Of a stretch of DNA of 64,000 nucleotides, positions 50,107 through 58,386 are shown piece after piece (the stretch's first letter is position 1; every line of letters begins with the position of its first letter). This stretch comes from Candidatus Aenigmatarchaeota archaeon (GTDB lineage Archaea > Aenigmatarchaeota > Aenigmatarchaeia > CG10238-14 > SCSR01), in NCBI GenBank assembly GCA_038999725.1, contig JAWBWS010000001.1, positions 193,713 to 257,712 on the forward strand, in the 5' to 3' direction. The position numbers and the translations under genes were made by a program. The notes under the pieces are model-generated. The model was not told the DNA's origin. It did no database searches and was given only the letters and a program-made list of their open reading frames with translations.

Positions 50107-53100
50107 TTTTTGAATAAAAATCTAAAACATCTACTATAGCTTTAGCCACTTGAAAATTACTCACCACATGAACCCTAAACTCCACAGCTTTCCTCCTTAT
50201 TTGATATTCATCATCCAATACTTGAGTCTCGATTATTCCATCAGAAAAAGGGATGTTTATGACCATTTTTATGCTTCTGTTAATGATATAGTCCAAGATA
50301 TTTGGCCTAATCTCACTAACTTTTCTCACACTCTCATTTTCTATCCCATATTTTTTCAATTCTTCTGAAGTTTTTTCTGTGGCAAAGATTTTCATTTTCT
50401 TTGCTACTAGCTTCTTTGCTATATCTATTATTTTGCTCTTATCTTTACCCACAGATATTAAAACACCATCCCCACTTCTTGGAAGTTCTACACCACTAGC
50501 TATCAACGCCTTAGTAAAAGCTTCATCAAAGCTTTTACCAAAACCAGCAACCTCACCAGTTGAAGCCATTTCAACACCAGTTACGGGATCTACACCCTCC
50601 AGCCTCATGAAAGAAAATTGTGGAACTTTTACAGAAAAGATGTTTGTTAAACATTCACCATCCTTAATCTTTTTGTTGAGAATCGCGTCGGCTGCAATCT
50701 CCATCAGATTTACTCCCATGGTTTTGGATACAAAAGGCATGCTTCTTGAGGCTCTCAAGTTGCATTCTATCACATAAATTTCACCGTCTTTAATCAAGTA
50801 CTGAATGTTGAAAGGCCCTTTTATCTTAAGCGCTCTTGCAATTTTTCTCGTATATTCTCTTATTTTCTCTTTAATTGCTTCGCTTATGGTTAGAGTTGGT
50901 ATGCTCATGATAGCATCTCCAGAGTGTACTCCAGCATTTTCCAAGTGCTCTATTATTGCTCCAATCAAAACATTTTCACCATCAGACACACAATCAACTT
51001 CAACTTCTCTAGCATTTGTCATGAATTTAGAAATAACAATTGGGTGCTCTCTTGAAACTCTTGCTGCTCTTGTTAAATATTCTTCAAGTTGGGATTCATT
51101 TATTGCAACACTCATGGCGGAGCCAGAAAGAACATATGAAGGTCTTATAAGCACAGGATATCCTATTTCTTTTGCTAGCTCTTTAGCTTTTTCCAAATTT
51201 TCTACTTTTCCCCATTTTGGTTGTTTGATCCCAAGCTCGTCCAAAAGTTTGCTGAATTTGGATCTATCTTCTGCTCTATCTATATCTTCAGCAGAGGTTC
51301 CTATTATTTTTACTCCACATTTTGCTAGTTTTAATGCCAGGTTATTTGGTGTTTGTCCACCTACGCTTACCACAACCCCAACAGGATTCTCCTTTTCATA
51401 TATATCCAAGACCCTTTCTAGAGTAAGTTCTTCAAAATAAAGCTTGTCCATTACATCAAAATCAGTGGAAACTGTTTCAGGATTACAATTTATCATTATC
51501 GTTTCATCAAATCCTCTTTCTCTTAGGGCCCATGCCATATTTACACAACACCAATCAAACTCAACACTTGAGCCAATCCTATAGCAACCAGAACCAAGAA
51601 CAACTATTTTTTTATTTTCCTGAAATTCTATCTCATCACAATTGCTGTTATAGGTTAGATAAAGGTATTTTGCATTTTCTGACCACCTTTTTGCAGTTTT
51701 TATCATCTTCACATAAGGAACAATTCCAAATTCCTTTCTAATCTTCCTGATTTCTTCCCAACTTTTACCTGTAAGTTCAGCAATCTTTTTGTCAGAAAAG
51801 CCAAGAGATTTAGCCTTGGCAAGAATTTCTTTGTTAAGCTCAGATCTTTTCAATTCTTCTTCAAAATCAACAATTCTTTTTAATCCTTCAAGGAAGACTT
51901 TTGCTATTCCCGTGAGCTTGTGAATTTCATCTATACCAATGCCAAGCCTTATTGCTTTAACTATATGGAAAATTCTTCTGTCGGTCGGGTTCTCCAACTC
52001 TTTTCTTATTTCTTCAAAATCGTTGCTCACATCTTCATCATCGGTTAACTCTTTCCCTATATCAAGCATTCTGACAGCTTTCTGTATAGCTTCTTCAAAA
52101 GTCTTACCAATTGCCATGACTTCACCTACAGACTTCATCTGAGTCCCAAGCTTTCTGTTCACTATTCTGAATTTCTGAAAGTCCCATCTTGGCATCTTCA
52201 CCACAACATAATCGATATCCGGTTCAAGGAAAGCTATAGCCTTTCCAGTCTTTCTATTAATTATTTCAGGAAGATTGTAGCCTATAGCAATTTTTGCCGT
52301 CACATAAGCTATGGGATAACCAGAAGCTTTGGATGCAAGAGCTGAACTCCTTGATAACCTTGAATTCACTTCTATAACATAGAATTCATTGGTTTCGTAA
52401 TTGACAGCAAATTGAATATTACACTCCCCAACAAGATTCAAAGCCCTTAAAACAGCAAAGCTTGTTGCCTTGAGCTTTTGGTAGGTTTCCTCATCAACAG
52501 TTTGGGATGGAGCAACAACTATGCTGTCGCCAGTGTGAATTCCCATAGGGTCAAAGTTTTCCATACTGCAAACTATCATACAATTGTCATCATTATCTCT
52601 CAAAACCTCATACTCTATTTCTTTCCACTTTCCCACATATTTTTCTATCAAAACTTGAGAAATTCTACTGTGGGCTAGACCAATGGAAACAATTTTTTTC
52701 AATTCTTCTTCATCGTGAGCAACTCCTGTACCTTGACCACCAAGAGTGTAAGCAACTCTTACCATGGTAGGATAACCTATTTCCTTAGCAGCTTCCAAAG
52801 CCTCTTCAACACTATTCGCCTTTTTGCTTGGTAAAACAGGTATACCAGCTTTAATCATAGTCTTCCTGAAAGCATCCCTGTTATCAGCTTTTTCTATAGC
52901 TTCAACACTTGTACCTAAGACATTAACATTATATTTTTCATACACACCTCTCTCAGCAAGTTCTACACCACAATTCAAAGCAGTTTGTCCCCCAAATCCC
53001 AAGAGAATGCCATCAGGCCTTTCCTTTTCTATAATCTTTTCCACAAATTCGGGTGTTATTGGTAAAAAATATACTTTATCACCAACAAATTTTCTATCTG

Positions 53101-53266
53101 TTTGTATTGTCGCCACATTCGGGTTTACAAGCACAACCTCGATGCCTTCTTCTTTCAAAGCTTTTATTGCTTGAGCTCCAGAATAGTCAAATTCACCAGC
53201 TTCACCTATTTTTATCGCCCCACTTCCGAGAATTAGGACTTTTTTTATCCTTTTCAATTTAGGCAT
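50072..53266 (-). CDS. carB: Carbamoyl-phosphate synthase large subunit
   Basis: Duplicated ATP-grasp (GSGAIKIGEAGEFDYSG; GSGCYRIGSSVEFD), GIHTGDS, GVHSGD, C-terminal MGS domain. Confidence 0.97.
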   Translation of the reverse strand: MPKLKRIKKVLILGSGAIKIGEAGEFDYSGAQAIKALKEEGIEVVLVNPNVATIQTDRKFVGDKVYFLPITPEFVEKIIEKERPDGILLGFGGQTALNCGVELAERGVYEKYNVNVLGTSVEAIEKADNRDAFRKTMIKAGIPVLPSKKANSVEEALEAAKEIGYPTMVRVAYTLGGQGTGVAHDEEELKKIVSIGLAHSRISQVLIEKYVGKWKEIEYEVLRDNDDNCMIVCSMENFDPMGIHTGDSIVVAPSQTVDEETYQKLKATSFAVLRALNLVGECNIQFAVNYETNEFYVIEVNSRLSRSSALASKASGYPIAYVTAKIAIGYNLPEIINRKTGKAIAFLEPDIDYVVVKMPRWDFQKFRIVNRKLGTQMKSVGEVMAIGKTFEEAIQKAVRMLDIGKELTDDEDVSNDFEEIRKELENPTDRRIFHIVKAIRLGIGIDEIHKLTGIAKVFLEGLKRIVDFEEELKRSELNKEILAKAKSLGFSDKKIAELTGKSWEEIRKIRKEFGIVPYVKMIKTAKRWSENAKYLYLTYNSNCDEIEFQENKKIVVLGSGCYRIGSSVEFDWCCVNMAWALRERGFDETIMINCNPETVSTDFDVMDKLYFEELTLERVLDIYEKENPVGVVVSVGGQTPNNLALKLAKCGVKIIGTSAEDIDRAEDRSKFSKLLDELGIKQPKWGKVENLEKAKELAKEIGYPVLIRPSYVLSGSAMSVAINESQLEEYLTRAARVSREHPIVISKFMTNAREVEVDCVSDGENVLIGAIIEHLENAGVHSGDAIMSIPTLTISEAIKEKIREYTRKIARALKIKGPFNIQYLIKDGEIYVIECNLRASRSMPFVSKTMGVNLMEIAADAILNKKIKDGECLTNIFSVKVPQFSFMRLEGVDPVTGVEMASTGEVAGFGKSFDEAFTKALIASGVELPRSGDGVLISVGKDKSKIIDIAKKLVAKKMKIFATEKTSEELKKYGIENESVRKVSEIRPNILDYIINRSIKMVINIPFSDGIIETQVLDDEYQIRRKAVEFRVHVVSNFQVAKAIVDVLDFYSKNGVEDYVEFAK

Positions 53267-53340
53267 TTTATCACCTTTTTAGTTCTTAAAGAAAGAGAGT
53301 AATTAGAAAATGTTTTTTGGCGTCGATTCGCTTTATTCAA
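53254..53340 (-). promoter_or_regulatory. Possible leader ORF (28 aa) overlapping the carB start
   Basis: TATA (TTATAAAT), GGTGGG, then a TTG start; tandem CGA CGC codons and a pyrimidine tract. Confidence 0.3.
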
Positions 53341-53424
53341 AGCCCACCTACTATTATTTTTTTTAAATTTATAAGAATTGTTGCAGTGAAAAATAGAAAT
53401 TGAAAAACAGAATTTTTCCTAGGC

Positions 53425-53580
53425 TTAACCCTTTTTAAGCTGCTTGAGCCTCTCGCTCAAATATTTAATTCTATTCTGCAGGAATTTTACTTGCTTTATA
53501 GTTCTAGCTTCAAATAGTGCTTGCTTGGCTTCATAGAGTTGTTCCTCAAAAAATTTCAACTCTTCTTTATTCCCATTCAT
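53425..53580 (-). CDS. Small coiled-coil hypothetical protein (51 aa)
   Basis: MNGNKEELKFFEEQLYEAKQALFEARTIKQVKFLQNRIKYLSERLKQLKKG; GTGA upstream. Confidence 0.55.
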   Translation of the reverse strand: MNGNKEELKFFEEQLYEAKQALFEARTIKQVKFLQNRIKYLSERLKQLKKG

Positions 53581-53696
53581 ATATCACTATATGGTAGTAC
53601 TAATATATAAGCTTTACTATTGCTAGGTGGTAAAAAAATTTCTATTAAAGATAAACATTGCTCAAATTTATTTTTTCCAACTCAAATTATTAAACT

Positions 53697-55127
53697 ATGA
53701 AAAATTATTCTAGAATACTTAAGAGAGTACTGAAGAAAATCGAACCTTCTACCCAAGAAAAAAAAGAGTTGAATTCAATTATAAAAAAGTGTTTGAAAGA
53801 AGCAAAGAAGGAGGCGAAAAAATTCAAAGCAAAACCAATGATCGCTGGCAGTGTTACAAGAAATACCTGGCTTCCTGGAAAGAGAGAATTTGACATCTTC
53901 ATATTGTTTCCTCCTCAAATGACGGTAAAGCAACTCGAGAGAAGGGGGCTTGAAATCGGGAAAAAAATCATTAAATCGCTTGGTGGTAGCTTCAAGATAG
54001 AGTATGCTCAACATCCCTATGTTTCTGGTTATGTTAATGGTATAAAAATAGACATCGTGCCTTGTTTTGAGGTCAAGACAACTGAAAACCTAAGATCAGC
54101 TGTGGACCGCACACCCTTTCATGTTAGATATCTTCAGAAAAAAATGACGCCCAAGTTCTCAAATCAAGTAAGGCTTCTCAAACAATTTTTAACAGCAAAT
54201 AAAATTTATGGAGCAGATGCAAAGACGCAAGGTTTTTCTGGTTATATGTGCGAGCTTTTAATCATCAAATACAAAAATTTTTTAAATGTCTTGAAGAATG
54301 CTCAAACCTGGAAGCCGGGTGAAGTTATAGATTTAGAAAATTTTTACAAGAAAGAAGAGTATCATGGCCTCAGGAAACATTTCTTCAAACAAGTTTTAAT
54401 TTTAATTGATCCAACTGACAAGAAAAGAAACACGGCCGCCGCTCTATCCGAAGAAAATTTCTTTAAGTTTAAGAAGCTTGCAAAAGAGTTCCTCGAAAAT
54501 CCAAGAGAAGAAATGTTTTTCGAGAGAGAGGGAATACCAATTTCAGAAAAGGAATTGAGAGAAAAGATGTTTGAGAGAAAGACGGAGTTAATTTTGGTTA
54601 AATTTTCTCCCCCAGATGTCGTGTCGGATATCCTTTGGCCTCAATTGAGAAGGTTTGCTGAAAGATTGGAAAACATTTTAGAAGAAACAAAATACGAGTT
54701 TAAGGTCTTGAGAAGGGATTGCTACACGAATGAAAAAGATTTGGCAATTGTTTTGCTTGAGATGGAGGTCGCAAACCTACCAGCTGTTCAGAAAAAAGTC
54801 GGACCGGAAGTTTTTGATCTAGATGACTCAAAGAGATTTTTGGGGAAATACAGAGACTTGGCAATAAATGGTCCATTCATCGAAGGGAAAAATTGGGTAG
54901 TTGAAGTTAAAAGGAAGTTTGTAACAGCAAGAGAAAAGCTTTTTGATAGTTTAAATGTGGATGTGAATATTTTGAAATCAAAGGGAATCCCAAACCACAT
55001 GGCAGAGCAAATAGCAAAAGGTTTTGAATTGATTTCTGATATAGGAAGAATAATGGAGATAGTTAACAAGGATAAAGGGTTTGGCATTTTCTTAAGAAAA
55101 TATTTTGAAAAAGAGAGTCTTGTATGA
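53697..55127 (+). CDS. cca: CCA-adding enzyme (class I, archaeal)
   Basis: GSVTRNTWL...EFDIF, YAQHPY, SAVDRTPFH, GFSGYMCELL, DPTDKKRN. Confidence 0.95.
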   Translation: MKNYSRILKRVLKKIEPSTQEKKELNSIIKKCLKEAKKEAKKFKAKPMIAGSVTRNTWLPGKREFDIFILFPPQMTVKQLERRGLEIGKKIIKSLGGSFKIEYAQHPYVSGYVNGIKIDIVPCFEVKTTENLRSAVDRTPFHVRYLQKKMTPKFSNQVRLLKQFLTANKIYGADAKTQGFSGYMCELLIIKYKNFLNVLKNAQTWKPGEVIDLENFYKKEEYHGLRKHFFKQVLILIDPTDKKRNTAAALSEENFFKFKKLAKEFLENPREEMFFEREGIPISEKELREKMFERKTELILVKFSPPDVVSDILWPQLRRFAERLENILEETKYEFKVLRRDCYTNEKDLAIVLLEMEVANLPAVQKKVGPEVFDLDDSKRFLGKYRDLAINGPFIEGKNWVVEVKRKFVTAREKLFDSLNVDVNILKSKGIPNHMAEQIAKGFELISDIGRIMEIVNKDKGFGIFLRKYFEKESLV

Positions 55128-56029
55128 TCCAAATAACTTTTTTGGGTACAGTTTCAGGAATTCCAAGCAAAGAGAGAAACCATCCTGCAATAGCCTTGGA
55201 GTATTTTGGTAGAGAAAAAGACATCTTGCTTTTTGATTGTGGTGAGGGAACGCAAAAACAGCTTATGCAGTCCGGCATAAGCTTCATGAAGATAGGAAAA
55301 ATTTTTATCACACATTGGCATGCCGACCATTTTTCAGGTTTGATCCCTTTGATTCAAACCATGAGTTTGGAAAAAAGGAAAAATGAGCTCAAGATTTTTG
55401 GGCCAGAAGCTGAAAGATTTGTTTCAAACATTTTGGATTTAGGCTACTTTGGTTTGAGATTTCCTGTTGAAGCAATAAATGTTCCCTTTGAGGGAAGCAA
55501 GCTTGAGCTAATTGATGAAACTCAAGAATATCAAATCTTTTCCATTCCTGTCTTTCACACAATACCGGCAGTAGCCTATTGCTTCCAAGAAAAGCCTAGG
55601 TGGAATATAGACACAAAAAAGCTTAAGGAGCTTGGCTTGAGAGGTGGTGCTTGGTTGAAGAGGTTGAAGAAAGTGGGGGAAGTTGAATATAGAGGGAAAA
55701 AAATAAAAATAGAAGATGTGGCAAATCTCAGGCCTGGTTTGAAAGTAGTTTATTCTGGAGACACAAGACCTTGCGACAATATTTTGAAAATTTCCAGAGA
55801 TGCAGATTTGCTCATACACGATGGGACTTTTCTTGAAGAAGAAGAGGGAAAAGCACATGCCGATGTTAAGCAAGCATCAAGAATAGCAAAAGAAGCAAAT
55901 GTCAAGCAACTCATCTTAACACATATAAGCAGACGCTACACTGATGCTAAACAACTGGAGGAAGAAGCCAAGAAAATATTCCCCAACACAAGAGTTGCTT
56001 TTGATTTCATGCAAGTTAAACTAAAGTAA
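55124..56029 (+). CDS. rnz: Ribonuclease Z
   Basis: FLGT, DCGEGTQ, THWHADH, YSGDTRP, LTHISRRY. Confidence 0.95.
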   Translation: MIQITFLGTVSGIPSKERNHPAIALEYFGREKDILLFDCGEGTQKQLMQSGISFMKIGKIFITHWHADHFSGLIPLIQTMSLEKRKNELKIFGPEAERFVSNILDLGYFGLRFPVEAINVPFEGSKLELIDETQEYQIFSIPVFHTIPAVAYCFQEKPRWNIDTKKLKELGLRGGAWLKRLKKVGEVEYRGKKIKIEDVANLRPGLKVVYSGDTRPCDNILKISRDADLLIHDGTFLEEEEGKAHADVKQASRIAKEANVKQLILTHISRRYTDAKQLEEEAKKIFPNTRVAFDFMQVKLK

Positions 56030-56284
56030 ATAGCTGAGGGCTTTCTTGATGATTGGATATTTTGAACAATAATAGTCAGTTGCAAGGTGAAGGAGTGCTG
56101 AAGCTACTCCTTCTACTCCATCACAAACAAAACCAACAATTAGAGCAGAAATAGGATCATGAAATAAAATTCTATGCTTCTTCCCCAAAATTTTCACAGG
56201 ATAATCAATAGCTCTATTGGTTTTTTCACATGAGTTGTTTATAAAGGTTTTCGATATCTTTTTGTGGATATAGCGAGACGGCAT
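56021..56284 (-). CDS. Small His-rich putative metal-binding/hydrolase protein
   Basis: MPSRYIH...D.P...KHRILFHD...LLHLATD. Confidence 0.6.
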   Translation of the reverse strand: MPSRYIHKKISKTFINNSCEKTNRAIDYPVKILGKKHRILFHDPISALIVGFVCDGVEGVASALLHLATDYYCSKYPIIKKALSYLL

Positions 56285-56615
56285 TTCTATCACCAAAAAA
56301 GTTTTCAATCAATTCAGGAAGCACACCCTCCTTTATCAACAAGGCTAATAAAATACCAAGCAGGAAAGAATTTAAGTGTAACTCATCTTCTCTAGGTTTT
56401 ACTTGCTGTAAATAAAATGAAATTTTCCTAAGCAACTTTTCCTTATCTTCGGCATTTAGAAAGACATCTGAAGCTATTCTTGTTCTCAATTCTTCGGCCT
56501 TTTTCAAGTAGCTGGATAAATTTTGTTTAATTATCTTTAAATGTTCTTCTCCAGCAATTTCAATTTCTTTTATCAACTCTTCATATTCTATTAACCTTGA
56601 AAGATAGTCTTTCAT
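56226..56615 (-). CDS. Hypothetical protein (helical, one hydrophobic segment)
   Basis: ORF abutting its neighbours in a tight operon. Confidence 0.6.
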   Translation of the reverse strand: MKDYLSRLIEYEELIKEIEIAGEEHLKIIKQNLSSYLKKAEELRTRIASDVFLNAEDKEKLLRKISFYLQQVKPREDELHLNSFLLGILLALLIKEGVLPELIENFFGDRNAVSLYPQKDIENLYKQLM

Positions 56616-56804
56616 TCATCCTACCATTTTTTCTAAAAAGAAAAGTAACTGCTCAAACCGCTTGTATTTATTCACCACTTCTTCCAATTTCGTGTCTTTA
56701 CCTTCATAATTTTTATTATTCAGTCTATTATAGGCTTCTCTGTAAGCTCTAATCCCTTCAAGGAAACCGTAAATTAGTGAAATCATCTCCTTTTCTTCAA
56801 CCAT
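56616..56804 (-). CDS. Hypothetical protein
   Basis: 62-aa ORF with 0-1 nt gaps to its neighbours. Confidence 0.6.
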   Translation of the reverse strand: MVEEKEMISLIYGFLEGIRAYREAYNRLNNKNYEGKDTKLEEVVNKYKRFEQLLFFLEKMVG

Positions 56805-56805
56805 T

Positions 56806-57078
56806 TTATCCCCTATACTTCTTCAGCTCTTCTTTTAACTCTTTCAGAGTTTGTGTGAGCTCATCTATTCCTTTGTAAATTTCAGGACCAAACCCTAAGT
56901 TTCTCAATTCATTTGCAACATATTGTGCAGCAGTTTTTCCTATGAGTTGGGCATCACTCTCCTTTTCAGCCTTTCTCCTCTCTTCTATTGGTTTTCTTAT
57001 GTAATAGCCTGCAAGTACTCCAAGCAAGATTTCAACCAAATCTTTAGTGCCAATATCAATCTCACTTAATTTTACCAT
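56806..57078 (-). CDS. Hypothetical single-TM coiled-coil protein
   Basis: LVEILLGVLAGYYI then charged helices; GGAGGTGA Shine-Dalgarno. Confidence 0.7.
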   Translation of the reverse strand: MVKLSEIDIGTKDLVEILLGVLAGYYIRKPIEERRKAEKESDAQLIGKTAAQYVANELRNLGFGPEIYKGIDELTQTLKELKEELKKYRG

Positions 57079-57345
57079 TTATTCACCTCCCAAAACTTTC
57101 CAAATCTTTTTATAAAAAACATACCCACCAACTTCACCAATGGCTGCTGCGGCAGACGTATAAATTGCATAATCTCTAAGCAACTCAGGAAGTGATGCTA
57201 AAGGCTGACCAGTGACAATGTTTACCATTTCTCTCGTTGCTATGTAAGCTATAGATCCACATTGAGCTACAATGTAACCAATTCCAGCCCCACTGACAGT
57301 AGATACAATCGAAGTCAAACCTTTCCAAAAATTTTTCTTCTTCAT
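57079..57345 (-). CDS. Hypothetical small two-TM Gly/Ala-rich membrane protein
   Basis: MKKKNFWKGLTSIVSTVSGAGIGYIVA...AAAAIGEVGGYVFYKK. Confidence 0.65.
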   Translation of the reverse strand: MKKKNFWKGLTSIVSTVSGAGIGYIVAQCGSIAYIATREMVNIVTGQPLASLPELLRDYAIYTSAAAAIGEVGGYVFYKKIWKVLGGE

Positions 57346-57512
57346 GAGAAGAAGATGAAAAAGGAGCTTATATTTAGATTTTGAACTCAATAAGTGAGTG
57401 AGTTTGCTCTAAAAATTAATAGGAAGGAGAATTTCTTGCCAAAAAAAGATTTAAATTAAACAGATATCAATTAAATTCAGATAGCGGGAAGACGAGGAAA
57501 GGTAAAAACTCC

Positions 57513-57636
57513 AGCGGGGATTCCCAGTTAAGGGAACTGCAATGGAGCAGCCTGGAGTCTTAAGATAGAATGCTCGTCGGGCTCATATACGGTTTAAGAA
57601 ACCCGAAGGTCCCTGGTTCAAATCCAGGCCCCGCTA
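57513..57636 (+). tRNA. Initiator tRNA-Met(CAT) with three introns (57520-57542 at 7/8; 57558-57570 in the D-loop; 57588-57600 at 37/38)
   Basis: Spliced: AGCGGGG TG GAGC AGCCTGGAGT GCTC G TCGGG CTCATAA CCCGA AGGTC CCTGG TTCAAAT CCAGG CCCCGCT A; A1:U72 and three G:C pairs in the anticodon stem. Confidence 0.88.
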
Positions 57637-57808
57637 TCTATTCATTTTACATTTACCTCAAGATTATAATAAGATGATACAAGCAAGAAACAGGGTAGTG
57701 TCTCTCCCCATTTACAAAATTTCCGAATTATTCTCTATGATGAGCTTGGAGAACAAAACAAATCTCCTATTAGTTAAACTCTTTTAAATTTAAGCTTAAT
57801 TTAAGATT

Positions 57809-58312
57809 ATGAAAATTTTTCTGACAGGTCCCCCAAAATCAGGTAAATCAACAGTTTTACTCAGGGCAATTGAGTTGCTCAAGAGCAAAGGTTTGAAAAT
57901 TGGTGGAATAGTTACACCAGAAATAAGGGAAGAGGGAAAAAGAGTTGGTTTTTATGTTAAGGATGTTTTTTCTCAAGCTATGGAAGTTTTTGCAAGTGTT
58001 GATTTTAAAATTGGCCCAAGAGTTGGAAAATATGGAATTGATAGAGAAGCTTTTGAAAGAGTTGCTTTACCAGCAATAGATTTTGCGATTGAAAAGTGCG
58101 ATGTTGTTGTTATAGATGAAATTGGAAAGATGGAATTCCTGAGTGAGAATTTTAAGAAGAAAATTTTTGTTTTGGTTCTGCTAGACAAGCCTTTGATTGC
58201 AGTTTTACATAGAAATTTTGTTAAACAATTCAAGCAATTTGGTGAGCTTATTGAAGTTAACCAAAAGAATAGGGAAAAACTTCCAGAAAAAATAGCAAAA
58301 TCTATTTCTTGA
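57809..58312 (+). CDS. THEP1-family nucleoside triphosphatase
   Basis: TGPPKSGKST, GGIVTPEIRE, RVGKY, IDEIGKME. Confidence 0.92.
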   Translation: MKIFLTGPPKSGKSTVLLRAIELLKSKGLKIGGIVTPEIREEGKRVGFYVKDVFSQAMEVFASVDFKIGPRVGKYGIDREAFERVALPAIDFAIEKCDVVVIDEIGKMEFLSENFKKKIFVLVLLDKPLIAVLHRNFVKQFKQFGELIEVNQKNREKLPEKIAKSIS

Positions 58313-58354
58313 ATTTCAAAATAGCTTTCACAAGATCAGAACTATAAGCACCAA
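58299..58354. repeat. Imperfect direct repeat, left copy (remnant of the 3' end of gene 61082-61456)
   Basis: AATCTATTT(ctt)GAATTTCAAAATAGCTTTCACAAGaTCAGAACTAtAAGCACCAA. Confidence 0.85.
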
Positions 58355-58386
58355 TGTTTTAAATCTTTTTCCCCAGATTTATAAAT

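Noticed and set aside
57483..57512. Fourth intron in tRNA-iMet starting from the upstream AGCGGG
   Set aside because: No BHB pairing yields the required AGCGGGG acceptor strand; noted only as a duplicated 6-mer.
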